In this document: positions 37,018-47,981 of the stretch, piece after piece
Position numbering within the stretch: the stretch's first letter is position 1
Layout of the letters: each line of letters begins with the position of its first letter
DNA from: Alphaproteobacteria bacterium
GTDB lineage: Bacteria > Pseudomonadota > Alphaproteobacteria > Rs-D84
DNA: 64,000 bases
Direction: 5' to 3'
Assembly: GCA_017534945.1 (NCBI GenBank)
Contig: JAFXVB010000013.1
Coordinates: forward strand, 10,640-74,639
Notes under the pieces: generated by a model
What the model was told of the DNA's origin: nothing
The model's database searches: none
What the model saw: only the letters and a program-made list of their open reading frames with translations
Made by a program: the position numbers and the translations under genes

Positions 37018-37057
37018 GTGCAAAGTTTGAACTTTGAACTTTGCACTTTGAACTTTG
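37018..37057 (+). repeat. heptad-repeat element copy 2 (in the rplA-rplJ spacer)
   Basis: GTGCAAAGT TTGAACT TTGAACT TTGCACT TTGAACT TTGA. GTGCAAAGT (37018-26) can pair with ACTTTGCAC (37038-46). Confidence 0.75.
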
Positions 37058-37059
37058 AT

Positions 37060-37201
37060 AACAAATTTCTGTCCAAGACTGATGGTGTGGCAACACTTAA
37101 TTTCCATCATAGACAAAGAAAATTCTTTGGGGCAGAAAGAGAGCCCCACCCATGGAAACATGGATGGATAGTTGAACACAAGAAGAAGTAAGGGTATATA
37201 G
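37060..37201 (+). promoter_or_regulatory. structured rplJ (L10) leader region
   Basis: About 140 nt of untranslated spacer with several stems (GATGG/CCATC, GGGGC/GCCCC, CCATGG...). It occupies the position where the L10(L12)4 autoregulatory leader lies in other bacteria. The assignment is by position only. Confidence 0.45.
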
Positions 37202-37681
37202 ATGAGACGCGAAGAAAAATCAGATTTGATTTCAGCGTTGCAGTCATCTTTGAAATCCGCAAACGGTGTTTTCGTTATTGAAAACCATGGTTTGACAGTG
37301 AAAGAAATGGAAGCCTTGCGTAATGAATTACGTCCTGTGGTGTCTCTGTTCAAAGTTGTCAAAAACCGTTTGATGAAATTAGCACTTGCCGATACTGATT
37401 TCGCACCTGTATCTGACATGATGAAACGTCCAACTGCGGTTGCAATTGCAACAGACGCATTGGCGGTCACCAAAGTTTTGGCAAAGTTCGCAGACGAACA
37501 TCAAAATTTGACAATCGTTGGTGGTAAAATGGATGCAGATGTGTTGGGTTATGATGACATTATGCAATTATCCAAGCTTCCTTCCCTGTTGGAAATTCGT
37601 GGTACTATTGCGCGTATCTTGGTTGAACCTGCATCGCGCCTTGCACGTGTTTCAGCAGAGTATGGAAAAAAACAAAATTAA
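37202..37681 (+). CDS. rplJ: 50S ribosomal protein L10
   Basis: Typical L10 sequence and synteny. Confidence 0.95.
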   Translation: MRREEKSDLISALQSSLKSANGVFVIENHGLTVKEMEALRNELRPVVSLFKVVKNRLMKLALADTDFAPVSDMMKRPTAVAIATDALAVTKVLAKFADEHQNLTIVGGKMDADVLGYDDIMQLSKLPSLLEIRGTIARILVEPASRLARVSAEYGKKQN

Positions 37682-37707
37682 TTTAAAACTCAAGTAAGGA
37701 GTATAAA

Positions 37708-38073
37708 ATGGCTGACATTCAAAAATTAGTTGAAGAATTGTCAAAATTGACTGTTTTGGAAGCTGTTGAATTATCCAAAGCATTAGAAGAAACATGGGGC
37801 GTCAGTGCCGCCGCTGCGGTTGCGGTTGCTGCGGGTCCTGCGGCGGCTGCTGCCGAAGAAAAAACAGAATTTGATGTTGTATTGGCTGATGCCGGTGCAA
37901 ACAAATTGGCTGTTATCAAGGCTGTGAAAGATATCACAGGTTTGGGTTTGGGCGAAGCAAAAGCTTTGGTCGAATCTGCACCAAAGGCCGTTAAAGAAGG
38001 CGTTGCCAAAGAAGATGCTGAAAAAATGAAAGCAACTTTGGAAGCCGCTGGCGCAAAAGTAGAAATGAAATAA
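37708..38073 (+). CDS. rplL: 50S ribosomal protein L7/L12
   Basis: Ala-rich hinge and a C-terminal domain ...[12 protein letters not shown]... Confidence 0.97.
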   Translation: MADIQKLVEELSKLTVLEAVELSKALEETWGVSAAAAVAVAAGPAAAAAEEKTEFDVVLADAGANKLAVIKAVKDITGLGLGEAKALVESAPKAVKEGVAKEDAEKMKATLEAAGAKVEMK

Positions 38074-38093
38074 TTTTTACGAAAATAAACTGT

Positions 38094-38149
38094 TAATCGT
38101 ACAGACTTACGATTAATGTCCGTAAAACCCGCCGGATTTATTCGGCGGG
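38094..38149 (+). terminator. rplL-rpoB intergenic hairpins (partial terminator/attenuator)
   Basis: TAATCGTA/TACGATTA (38094-38115) and the GC-rich CCCGCCG-N8-CGGCGGG (38128-38149). An attenuator at this position is well established in other bacteria. Confidence 0.5.
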
Positions 38150-38220
38150 CGCGGACACGAAAAAAAAGAGATACAAACAATTTTGTTTGCAAAACGCACA
38201 GAAAAAAAGGATTTATACCC

Positions 38221-41200
38221 ATGGCAGTCATCCAGAAATTTAGAAAATCTTTTGGCAAAAGTTTTTTGCAAACTCCACTTCCCGATTTAGTTGAAATTCA
38301 ATACAACTCTTACAAAGATTTTTTGCAGGCCGATGTCGAACCGCAAAATCGCGAAAACAAAGGGTTGCAGGCCGTTTTCAAATCTATGTTTCCAATCAAA
38401 GATTACGCCGGAATCGCGGACTTGGAATTTGTCGAATATACACTGGAAAAACCTGTATATAATGTAAAAGAATGCATGTTACGCAATATGACATATTCTC
38501 GCAGATTAAAAGTCAAATTAAGATTAATTCTGTGGGATATCGCTGATGATGGTAAAAAAACATTGCGCGACATCAAAGACCAAGAAATATTTATGGGCGA
38601 AGTGCCACTTATGACCGAACGCGGCAGTTTTATTGCCGCCGGTGTGGAACGTGTTATTGTTTCGCAAATGCATCGTGCCCAAGGTGTCGTTTTTGCAACA
38701 ACCAAAGAAGCAAAAATCGCTGGAAACCCAACAACATATACTGCGCGTATTATACCGGAACATGGTTCTTGGATTGATTTTGAAGAATCCAAAGGTGTTA
38801 TCTATGTCCGTATTGATCGTCGTCGCAAAGTGCCGGCAACTGTTTTGTTGCGTTGTTTGCCATGTGCCGAAGATGAAAAGAAATGGGTGGCTGACCCACG
38901 CAAGGCCGTTGTTCGTGGTATGACTGATACAGAAATTTTGTCAGCATTTTATAAATCAATTCCATTGTCATTTGATGGCAAAGTTTGGGTTGGCAACACA
39001 TCTGTATTCGAAGGATTGGATAAATATCGCTTGAACTATGATTTGTTATCGGTCAAAGGCGACAAAGAATTAGCAAACAAAGGCGATCGTTTGTCTGCGA
39101 AACGTTTTGCAAAATTGACGGCTGCGGCCAAACAATTTGGTATTAAACCTGAATCTTTGATTGGTGAATATTTATTTGAACCAATCACATCTGCGGGCGA
39201 AGTTGTATATCCTGCGGGTACAGAAATCACCGAAGAAATTTTATCTGACTTGGATAAAATGGGTGTGAAAAACATTTCGTTGATTGCGATTGATAATACA
39301 ACAATTACCGCACATATGCGGAATACATTGGCGGCGGATAAAATCACAAATCGCGATGACGCTTTGATTGAAATTTATAATGTTATCAGACCGGGCGAAC
39401 GTCCAACTGTCGAAGCGGCGTTAAGTTTATTCTTGCGCCAAGGTTTTGATGCGGCGTATTACGATTTATCTGCGGTTGGTCGTTTCAAAATGAACAAACG
39501 TTTGAAAATTGATTCTGGGAAACGTCCCGAAGATGAACGTTTGTTGACCAAGGCTGATTTGTTGGCTGTATTGAAAACTTTGACCAACATTATTGACCAC
39601 AAAGATACAATTGATGATATTGATAATTTGTCTAATCGTCGTGTGCGTGCGGTTGGTGAATTGTTGGAACAAACTTTCCGTACGGGTATGTTGCGTATTG
39701 AACGTCTTGTCCGCGAAAGTTTATCTTCTCCAAACATTGCGAATATGCAACCCCAAGATGTTATCAATGTTAAACCTTTGATGTCTTTGGTTGCTGAATT
39801 CTTGGGAACATCACAATTATCTCAATTTATGGATGCGTATAATCCATTATCAGAATTGGAACACAAACGTCGTATTTCTGCGTTGGGTCCTGGGGGATTG
39901 AACCGCGAACGTGCCGGTATTGATGTCCGCGACGTGCATCCAACACACTATGGTCGTTTATGCCCAATTCATACACCCGAAGGTGCGAACATCGGTTTGA
40001 TTAATCATTTGTCATCTTATGCGCGTGTAAATGAATATGGCTTTATCACAACACCATATTACGAAGTCAAAGACGGCAAAGTCACAAATAAAATCGTGTA
40101 TTTAACCGCTGATGAAGAAATGGGACATAAAATCGCCCAGGGTAATACCCCAACAACAAAAGATGGCAAATTGGCCATTGATGTTGTGACCGCACGTGTT
40201 GACGGCGAATTTACAATGGTTCCAAAAACGGAAATTGACTTAATCGACGTTGAACCACGCCAAGTGGTATCAATTGCAACTGGATTGATTCCATTTGTGG
40301 AAAATGACGACGCGAACCGCGCTTTGATGGGTTCAAACATGCAACGCCAAGGCGTTCCATTATTGCGGGTCCAAGCCCCATTGGTTGGAACCGGTATCGA
40401 ACGCGAAGTGGCACGTGATTCCAGAACGGGTAAGGTTGCAAAACACAGTGGTGTTGTTGAATCTGTGGATGCAAACCGTATTGTGGTTAAATGTATGAAT
40501 TCACGCAACGTCGTGACGGGTGTTGATATTTATGACTTGGAAAAATTTGAACGTTCCAACAGTGAAACAATCATCCACCAAAAACCTTTGGTAAAGGTTG
40601 GTGATCGTGTGTCTGCGGGCGACATTATTGCCGACGGTTCATCAATGAATTATGGTGAATTGGCATTGGGTCGCAATGTATTGGTTGCTTTCGTGCCATG
40701 GCGCGGATACAACTATGAAGACGCGATTGTGATTTCGGAACGTATTTCCCGCGAAGATGCATTTACATCTGTGAAAATCGTGGAAAAAGAATTCAAGGTT
40801 CGTGATACACAACTGGGCCCAGAAAGCTTTACACGTGATATTCCAAATGTCAGTGAAGAAGCCGTTAAAAACTTGGACGAATCCGGTATCATTTATGTCG
40901 GTGCGCGCGTGAAACAGGGCGATATTTTGGTTGGTCGTGTATCACCAAAATCGGAAACATTATTGACCCCCGAAGAAGCGTTGTTGCGTAACATCTTTGG
41001 TGAAAAGGCTTTAAATGTAAAGGATACATCTTTGCGTGTTGGTCCAAACGAAGAAGGAACTGTTATTGGCGTTAATGTTTTGACACGTCATGGTGTCAAG
41101 AAAGACGAACGTACCCAAATGATTGAATTGGAAAAAATTGCAAAAATCAATAAAGATAGAAGCGAAGAAATCGCAATTATCGAAAAAGGTTTTGCAGACC

Positions 41201-42357
41201 AAATCTTCCAATTGGCTGAAAACGAAACGATTGACGCTGGTTCCGGCAGTTTGAAACCTTTCATTGGTAAAAAATTAACAAGCGAAGTGTTTGAAGCAAT
41301 AAAACCGGGCGATTTCAAAAAATTGGCTGTTAAAAATAAAGAAGTTCAAGCCAAGGTTGCAGAATTATGTGAACAACACAATTTGAAATTGGCGGCTTTG
41401 AACGAAAAAGCCGATGCCGAAGTTGCCAAAGTGACAGAAAGCAATTCATTAAGTGCGGGCGTTTTGAAAGAAGTCAAAGTGTACATCGCACACAAAATGA
41501 AATTGCAACCGGGTGATAAAATGGCTGGTCGTCATGGAAACAAAGGTATCGTGTCCCGCGTTGTTCCAATCGAAGATATGCCATACATGGAAGACGGAAC
41601 ACCAATCGATATCGTATTGAATCCGTTGGGTGTGCCATCTCGTATGAACATTGGCCAAATTTTAGAAACTCACCTTGGTATGGCGGCGCGTTCTTTGGGT
41701 CAACAAATTGGCGAAGTATTGGACGAAGTCAAACAAAAACGTGCTGTGACCGATGATTTACGTAATATCATGGGCAAAATTTACGGAAAAGAAGTGGCTG
41801 AAAAATTAGAAAAAATGACAGACACCGATGTCCGCGCCGAAGCCGCATTATTGCGTGATGGTGTGCCAATGGCAACACCAACATTTGACGGTGCAAGTCC
41901 CGAAGATATTAAATCAATGTTGAAATTGGCAAAATTACCAGAAACAGGTCAATTTACATTGTATGACGGTATGACCGGTGAAAAATTTGCACGTCCTGTG
42001 ACGGTTGGTGTGATGTATATGATGAAATTGCACCATTTTGTGGATGAAAAGATTCACGCCCGTTCTGTGGGAAGTTATTCTTTGGTCACACAACAACCTC
42101 TGTCTGGTAAGGCCCACATGGGTGGCCAGCGTTTGGGTGAAATGGAAGTATGGGCATTGGAAGCCCATGGTGCTGCACACTTGTTGCGCGAAATGTTGAC
42201 GGTTAAATCCGACGATATTACCGGCCGTAACAAGATGTATGAATCGATTATATCGGGCAGTAACGATATCCAAACCGGAACGCCAGAAGCCTTTAACGTG
42301 TTCGTTCGCGAATTGCGTGGATTGGGCTTGGCTATGACACCAAAGAAAATAGATTAA
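38221..42357 (+). CDS. rpoB: DNA-directed RNA polymerase subunit beta
   Basis: Typical RpoB throughout. I use the ATG at 38221 (MAVIQKFRKSFGK). The ORF-track start at 38116 would run through the attenuator hairpins. Confidence 0.98.
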   Translation: MAVIQKFRKSFGKSFLQTPLPDLVEIQYNSYKDFLQADVEPQNRENKGLQAVFKSMFPIKDYAGIADLEFVEYTLEKPVYNVKECMLRNMTYSRRLKVKLRLILWDIADDGKKTLRDIKDQEIFMGEVPLMTERGSFIAAGVERVIVSQMHRAQGVVFATTKEAKIAGNPTTYTARIIPEHGSWIDFEESKGVIYVRIDRRRKVPATVLLRCLPCAEDEKKWVADPRKAVVRGMTDTEILSAFYKSIPLSFDGKVWVGNTSVFEGLDKYRLNYDLLSVKGDKELANKGDRLSAKRFAKLTAAAKQFGIKPESLIGEYLFEPITSAGEVVYPAGTEITEEILSDLDKMGVKNISLIAIDNTTITAHMRNTLAADKITNRDDALIEIYNVIRPGERPTVEAALSLFLRQGFDAAYYDLSAVGRFKMNKRLKIDSGKRPEDERLLTKADLLAVLKTLTNIIDHKDTIDDIDNLSNRRVRAVGELLEQTFRTGMLRIERLVRESLSSPNIANMQPQDVINVKPLMSLVAEFLGTSQLSQFMDAYNPLSELEHKRRISALGPGGLNRERAGIDVRDVHPTHYGRLCPIHTPEGANIGLINHLSSYARVNEYGFITTPYYEVKDGKVTNKIVYLTADEEMGHKIAQGNTPTTKDGKLAIDVVTARVDGEFTMVPKTEIDLIDVEPRQVVSIATGLIPFVENDDANRALMGSNMQRQGVPLLRVQAPLVGTGIEREVARDSRTGKVAKHSGVVESVDANRIVVKCMNSRNVVTGVDIYDLEKFERSNSETIIHQKPLVKVGDRVSAGDIIADGSSMNYGELALGRNVLVAFVPWRGYNYEDAIVISERISREDAFTSVKIVEKEFKVRDTQLGPESFTRDIPNVSEEAVKNLDESGIIYVGARVKQGDILVGRVSPKSETLLTPEEALLRNIFGEKALNVKDTSLRVGPNEEGTVIGVNVLTRHGVKKDERTQMIELEKIAKINKDRSEEIAIIEKGFADQIFQLAENETIDAGSGSLKPFIGKKLTSEVFEAIKPGDFKKLAVKNKEVQAKVAELCEQHNLKLAALNEKADAEVAKVTESNSLSAGVLKEVKVYIAHKMKLQPGDKMAGRHGNKGIVSRVVPIEDMPYMEDGTPIDIVLNPLGVPSRMNIGQILETHLGMAARSLGQQIGEVLDEVKQKRAVTDDLRNIMGKIYGKEVAEKLEKMTDTDVRAEAALLRDGVPMATPTFDGASPEDIKSMLKLAKLPETGQFTLYDGMTGEKFARPVTVGVMYMMKLHHFVDEKIHARSVGSYSLVTQQPLSGKAHMGGQRLGEMEVWALEAHGAAHLLREMLTVKSDDITGRNKMYESIISGSNDIQTGTPEAFNVFVRELRGLGLAMTPKKID

Positions 42358-42436
42358 TTGGGAAACGGGTTGGATGTATCGCTTCATCTAATCCGTCCCC
42401 AAAAGCACTTTAAAGCGACTTAAAGGAGCAAAATAA

Positions 42437-45400
42437 ATGACAAATATGTTGCAAAAGATATTTGGACAAATCGAAACCAAAGAACAGTTTGATGCTTTGC
42501 GTATTACTATTGCCAGCCCCGAAGAAATCCTTTCTTGGTCACATGGCGAAGTAAAAAAGCCTGAAACAATCAACTATCATTCTTTGAAACCAGAACCCGA
42601 AGGATTGTTCTGCCAAGAAATTTTCGGTCCTGTCAAAGATTATGAATGTGCATGCGGTAAATATAAACGCATTAAAAATCGTGGTATTATTTGTGAAAAA
42701 TGCCATGTAGAAGTTGGACCATCTTCCGTTCGTCGTGAACGTATGGGACACATCAAATTGGCAATGCCTGTGGCGCATACATGGTTCCTGCGCGAAGGAA
42801 AAATTGCTGTATTGTTGAACAATTTACCACAAAAGAAATTAGAACAGGTTATTTCATACGATGCATATATCGTTATTGAACCTGGACTTACCAGTTTGAA
42901 ATTGTACGATGTCATCAGCGAAGATGAATACCAAGCGAAAATCGAAGAATTTGGTGCAGATTCCTTCCGCGTTGGCATTGGTGCCGAAGGTGTGCGCAAC
43001 ATTATCGCAAATTTGGATATGGGCGATGAACGCACTCGTTTGCGTGCTGAATTGGCGGAAACAAAATCGGAACAAAAACGCAAATTGTTAATCAAACAAT
43101 TAAAATTGGTTGAATCCTTCTTGGATTCTAAAACAGAACCCGCATGGATGTTGCCGGATGTTTTGCCGGTTATTCCACCTGATATGCGTCCATTGGTCAC
43201 ATTGGATGCGGGGCATGTTGCGGCATCTGATTTGAATGATTTGTATCGTCGCGTTATTATCCGTAACAATCGTTTGAAAAGATTCATGGAAATGCATGCA
43301 CCTGATATCATTATTCGTAATGAAAAACGCATGTTACAAGAAGCGGTGGATTCCTTGTTTGATAACGGACACAAGGCGCGTCCAATGGTTTCACAAAACC
43401 GTCGTCCACTTAAATCTTTGTCTGATTCATTACGTGGTAAATCTGGTCGTTTCCGTATGAACATGTTGGGTAAACGTGTGGATTATTCCGGTCGTTCGGT
43501 TATTACACCGGGCCCAACACTTCGCATGCACCAGGTTGGACTTCCAAAAACAATGGCTTTGGAATTGTTTAAACCATTTGTGTTTGCCAGATTGTTGGCG
43601 GGCGGTTATGCAAATACATTGAAAACCGCACGTAAAATGGTTGAAAATGGCGAAGACATCGTTTGGGAAATTTTGGAAAAGGTTATTTATCAACATCCTG
43701 TATTATTAAATCGTGCGCCGTCTTTGCACAGATTGTCATTGATTGCGTTTGAACCTGTGTTAATAGAAGGCAAGGCAATCCGCCTGCACCCATTGGTGTG
43801 TAAAGGATTCAATGCTGACTTTGACGGTGACCAAATGTCTGTTCACGTGCCAATTTCCTTAGAGGCTCAATTAGAAGCGCGTACATTGATGTTGTCGACA
43901 AACAATGTGATGTCCCCGGCCAGTGGTGATCCTATGACGGTGCCTTCACAAGACATGGTGTTGGGTATTTATTACATTTCATTGATTAACGGTGAACATG
44001 ATGAAAAGAAATCACCACGTTTCGCCAATATGGATGAAGTTGAATTGGCTTTGGAAAACAAAGTTATTACATTACACACACCAATTTATGCGCGTGTAAA
44101 TGGAAAAACATATGCAACCACAGCCGGTCGTATGATTTTGGGTCAATTATTACCAAAATCTGATAAAATGCCGTTTGATTTGGTAAACAAAGTCATGCCA
44201 AAGAAAGAAATCGAAAAATTATTGGCAACCGCATATGAAAACTGTGGCGACAAAGCGATGATTTTGTTGGCTGACGCGTTGAAAGATACTGGTTTTGAAC
44301 AGGCCGCACGCAGTGGTATTTCCATTGGATTTAACGATATTGTTATTCCAGAAGAAAAGAAAGATATGATTGCGAACGCAACCAAATCTGCCGAAGAAAT
44401 TGAAGAACAATATCAAAACGGTTTGTTGTCTGGTGGTGAACGTCATAACAAATTGATTGATTTGTGGCAAAAAACAACCGACAAATTGGGTGATTTGGCG
44501 TATGCTACATTGGGTAAAACAACCGGTGATAATTGGAATTCTGTGTACATGATGGCGCTGTCCGGTGCGCGTGGTTCCAAAGGTCAGATTCAGCAATTGG
44601 CGGGTATGCGTGGTATGATGCAGAAACCAGACGGTTCAATTATCGAAGTTCCAATTATTTCGAACTTTAAAGAAGGTTTGACCATGTCTGAATACTTTAC
44701 ATCCACCCATGGTGCGCGTAAAGGTATGTCGGATACGGCTTTGAAAACCGCGTCTGCTGGTTATTTGACACGTCGTTTGGTTGAATTGGCCCAGAATACA
44801 GTTATTACTGAACACGATTGCGGAACGCACGAATTCATTACTGCAAAACCTGTGTACCAAGGTTCAACATTGGTTGTGCCATTGGGTGATGTGGTTTTGG
44901 GTCGTACTGCGGCACATGATATCGTTAATCCAATGACCAAAGAAGTTATTGTGAAAGAGGGCGATTTGGTCACAAAGTCTGCGGCAAAACAAATCAACGA
45001 ATGTGGTTTGCCAAGTGCAGATGTGCGCAGTGTCCTTACATGTCAAAGTGATGGTTTGTGTGCAAAATGTTATGGTATGGATTTGTCGCGCAATGCGCTG
45101 GTTCATGTTGGTGAACCGGTTGGTGTTATTGCGGGTCAATCAATTGGTGAACCTGGAACACAGTTGACTTTGCGTACCTTCCACATTGGTGGTATTGCGG
45201 AAAGTAGTGCTGAAAGCCACTTTATCGAAATGCCTGTGGCGGGTAAAATTAAATTGATTGGTGTGAACACAATCAAAAACAAAGCCGGTCGTGTTGTCGT
45301 GTTATCACGTAATGGTGAAATTGCCGTTGTTGATGACAAAGACAATAAATTGTTCAGCTGTGCTTTGCCATACGCATCAAAATTGATTGTTACCGAAGGC

Positions 45401-46549
45401 GATAAAGTCGAAAAAGGTGCCAAGGTTGCAGAATGGGATCCATATTCAAACGATATCATCGCTGAAAAAGACGGAACTGTGGCATTCAACGACTTGATTG
45501 AAAATGTATCTTTCCAAGAAGAAGTTGACGGTACAACCGGTATTACATCGCGCAAGGTTATCAATTGGAAAACAAATACCAAGAAAGCATTGAACCCATC
45601 AATTACTTTGGTAAATGATAAGGGCGAAGTGATATCTTTGGGTGGCAAAAAATTGGCTCAATATATGTTGCCTGTATATTCCGTATTGAACGTTGCAAAT
45701 GGTGACAAGGTTTCTGCGGGTGACATTTTGGCGCGTATTCCGGTTCAGGCGAAAAAGACGGGCGATATTACCGGTGGATTGCCACGTGTTGAAGAATTAT
45801 TAGAGGTCCGCAAACCTGCAAACCCTGCGTTGTTGGCTGAAATTGACGGAACAGTTGAATTAGAAGATGCAAAATCTAAAATTATTATCCGTATCGAACC
45901 AGCCGATGGAACCGCACCTGTGGAATATGCGGTGCCAAAGGGAACAAATTTGTTGGTGCGCAGTGGTGATGTCGTGAAAAAGGCGGAAAAACTGGTTGAC
46001 GGTGAACCAGTGCCCCAGGATATTTTGCGTATCTTGGGTCAAAAAGCATTGGCAACATTTATGGTTGACCAAGTGCAACAGGTTTATCGCCTTCAGGGTG
46101 TGACCATCAACGACAAACATATCGAAATTTTGATTCGCGAAATGACACGTCGTGTCGAAATCACGAACCCAGGCGACACAAGTTTCTTGATGGGGTCTGT
46201 GGTTGATCGTGTTGATTTCGAAGAAGAAAACGCTCGTGTTGTGCATGATGGCGGTCGCCCGGCCGAAGCGTCCCAAGTTTTGGTTGGATTAACACGTGCA
46301 TCATTGACATCGCGTTCATTTATATCAAACGCATCGTTCCAACAAACAACCAAGGTTTTGGTGGATGCCGCAATTAACGGTTCAACCGATAAATTGGTTG
46401 GTATCAATGAAAACTTGATTGTTGGTCGTTTGATACCAATTGGAACTGGTGCATATGTCCGTCGTGTTCGTGAAATCGCCAAAGAAGAAGAACGGGCCGA
46501 AAAAATTGCCCGCGAAGGTGGCGAACATCAACAGTTGTTGGATATATAA
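42437..46549 (+). CDS. rpoC: DNA-directed RNA polymerase subunit beta'
   Basis: NADFDGDQM catalytic motif and the N-terminal zinc-binding Cys cluster. Confidence 0.98.
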   Translation: MTNMLQKIFGQIETKEQFDALRITIASPEEILSWSHGEVKKPETINYHSLKPEPEGLFCQEIFGPVKDYECACGKYKRIKNRGIICEKCHVEVGPSSVRRERMGHIKLAMPVAHTWFLREGKIAVLLNNLPQKKLEQVISYDAYIVIEPGLTSLKLYDVISEDEYQAKIEEFGADSFRVGIGAEGVRNIIANLDMGDERTRLRAELAETKSEQKRKLLIKQLKLVESFLDSKTEPAWMLPDVLPVIPPDMRPLVTLDAGHVAASDLNDLYRRVIIRNNRLKRFMEMHAPDIIIRNEKRMLQEAVDSLFDNGHKARPMVSQNRRPLKSLSDSLRGKSGRFRMNMLGKRVDYSGRSVITPGPTLRMHQVGLPKTMALELFKPFVFARLLAGGYANTLKTARKMVENGEDIVWEILEKVIYQHPVLLNRAPSLHRLSLIAFEPVLIEGKAIRLHPLVCKGFNADFDGDQMSVHVPISLEAQLEARTLMLSTNNVMSPASGDPMTVPSQDMVLGIYYISLINGEHDEKKSPRFANMDEVELALENKVITLHTPIYARVNGKTYATTAGRMILGQLLPKSDKMPFDLVNKVMPKKEIEKLLATAYENCGDKAMILLADALKDTGFEQAARSGISIGFNDIVIPEEKKDMIANATKSAEEIEEQYQNGLLSGGERHNKLIDLWQKTTDKLGDLAYATLGKTTGDNWNSVYMMALSGARGSKGQIQQLAGMRGMMQKPDGSIIEVPIISNFKEGLTMSEYFTSTHGARKGMSDTALKTASAGYLTRRLVELAQNTVITEHDCGTHEFITAKPVYQGSTLVVPLGDVVLGRTAAHDIVNPMTKEVIVKEGDLVTKSAAKQINECGLPSADVRSVLTCQSDGLCAKCYGMDLSRNALVHVGEPVGVIAGQSIGEPGTQLTLRTFHIGGIAESSAESHFIEMPVAGKIKLIGVNTIKNKAGRVVVLSRNGEIAVVDDKDNKLFSCALPYASKLIVTEGDKVEKGAKVAEWDPYSNDIIAEKDGTVAFNDLIENVSFQEEVDGTTGITSRKVINWKTNTKKALNPSITLVNDKGEVISLGGKKLAQYMLPVYSVLNVANGDKVSAGDILARIPVQAKKTGDITGGLPRVEELLEVRKPANPALLAEIDGTVELEDAKSKIIIRIEPADGTAPVEYAVPKGTNLLVRSGDVVKKAEKLVDGEPVPQDILRILGQKALATFMVDQVQQVYRLQGVTINDKHIEILIREMTRRVEITNPGDTSFLMGSVVDRVDFEEENARVVHDGGRPAEASQVLVGLTRASLTSRSFISNASFQQTTKVLVDAAINGSTDKLVGINENLIVGRLIPIGTGAYVRRVREIAKEEERAEKIAREGGEHQQLLDI

Positions 46550-46559
46550 AAAAGGTTTT

Positions 46560-46583
46560 CTTGGGTTGGATATCCAACCCAAG
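46560..46583 (+). terminator. rpoC terminator hairpin
   Basis: Perfect palindrome CTTGGGTTGGATATCCAACCCAAG. Confidence 0.7.
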
Positions 46584-46653
46584 AATAACTTTTCCTTGCA
46601 AATAGGGAATTATGGAATAAAATAAACAGGTTTAATATAAAAAGGATTACAAA

Positions 46654-46803
46654 ATGGCAACACCAAGAAGTAAAACAAGTAAAGCACGCAGTGCGCAACG
46701 TCAATCACATGACGCTTTGAAAATTATGCCGGTCGGTGTATGCAAAGCTTGTGGCGAAAAGAAACGTCCACATCATGTTTGCCCTGCATGTGGTGCGAAA
46801 TAA
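46654..46803 (+). CDS. rpmF: 50S ribosomal protein L32 (49 aa), not in ORF track
   Basis: My translation is MATPRSKTSKARSAQRQSHDALKIMPVGVCKACGEKKRPHHVCPACGAK*. It has the L32 N-terminal signature, CxxC...CxxC, and rpmF-plsX synteny. Confidence 0.9.
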   Translation: MATPRSKTSKARSAQRQSHDALKIMPVGVCKACGEKKRPHHVCPACGAK

Positions 46804-46894
46804 TAAACCAAAATAAATTATGGCAGATTTATTGACCCTGTGGTATAATACATAGGATTTTAAAATCTGCTATTTTCTTTTTTAAGGAAAAATT

Positions 46895-47941
46895 ATGACC
46901 AAAGTTATATCTATTGACGCATTTGGTGGGGACAAAGGGCCCAAGGTTGTTTTGGGTGGCATTAACCAATTTTTGTATCAATATGGTGAAGGACGCGTCC
47001 ATTTCCGTATATTTGGAAAAAAAGCGGTTTTGATAAAACTTTTGAAAAAATTTCCACGTGTTGCGCGCAACTGTACTGTGGTTGATGCACCGGATGTAAT
47101 TTTGGGAACCGATAAAATTCGTGATGTTATTCGTCATGCCGATGGGACATCTATGTTTATGGCAATCAAAGATGTGCGCGCTGGAAACTCATCCGCGGTG
47201 GTCAGTGCCGGCAATACAGGTGTTTTGATGTCATTATCTAAATTAGCATTAAAGACGATTGATGGAATATCTCGTCCTGCTATTACGACAATGTTGCCGT
47301 CTGGTGGTGGTGATTCACGTGTGGTTGTACTGGATTTGGGGGCAAACGTTCAATGCGATGCACAAAACCTGTTTGATTTTTCCATTTTGGGCAGTGTGTA
47401 TGCTGAAACAATCGGCCATATGTCACGCCCACGCCTGGGGATTTTGAATATAGGTACCGAAGAAACCAAGGGCAACGAAACATTACAACAACTGAACCAT
47501 GTTTTGACCGAACATAGGGATAAATTGCCATACGAATATATTGGCTTTGTGGAACCCACCGACATCAGTGCTGGACGGGTCCAGGTTGTTGTCACAGACG
47601 GCTTTACAGGCAATATTGTGTTAAAAACGGTCGAAGGTACCGCAAAATTAATAAAACGCGTCATAATGGAAAATTTCAAAAAATCCATATTGGCAATAAT
47701 TGGTGCGTTTTTCTTGGTTCATGTTTTCAAACGATTAAAACATAAAATTGACCCGCGTTCATATGCCGGTGCAACTTTCTTGGGGTTGAACGGATTTTCG
47801 GTCAAAACCCATGGGAACAGTGATGCTTTGGCATTTGCAAATGCAATTCGTTATGCGGTTGATTTAAGTAATGCAGACTTTAATAGTGTTATTCGTGAAC
47901 GTGTCGCGTCCGTCGCCGCCATCCGCAACGAATTGGCATAG
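46895..47941 (+). CDS. plsX: phosphate acyltransferase PlsX
   Basis: IDAFGGDKGP and VVSAGNTG motifs. Confidence 0.95.
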   Translation: MTKVISIDAFGGDKGPKVVLGGINQFLYQYGEGRVHFRIFGKKAVLIKLLKKFPRVARNCTVVDAPDVILGTDKIRDVIRHADGTSMFMAIKDVRAGNSSAVVSAGNTGVLMSLSKLALKTIDGISRPAITTMLPSGGGDSRVVVLDLGANVQCDAQNLFDFSILGSVYAETIGHMSRPRLGILNIGTEETKGNETLQQLNHVLTEHRDKLPYEYIGFVEPTDISAGRVQVVVTDGFTGNIVLKTVEGTAKLIKRVIMENFKKSILAIIGAFFLVHVFKRLKHKIDPRSYAGATFLGLNGFSVKTHGNSDALAFANAIRYAVDLSNADFNSVIRERVASVAAIRNELA

Positions 47942-47981
47942 CAAACAACATCATTAATAAACTTTTAGCGGGCCGGAACAG

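Noticed and set aside
38116-38220. N-terminal 35-aa extension of rpoB from the ATG at 38116
   Set aside because: It would be translated through the rplL-rpoB attenuator hairpins. The canonical RpoB N-terminus (MAVIQKFRKSFGK) starts at 38221.
37719-38258. 179-aa minus-strand ORF across rplL
   Set aside because: It is an antisense shadow of the Ala-rich L7/L12 gene and the rplL-rpoB spacer. rplL is unambiguous.
42640-43464. 274-aa minus-strand ORF (and others at 44219-46482) inside rpoC
   Set aside because: These are antisense shadow ORFs within a highly conserved gene.
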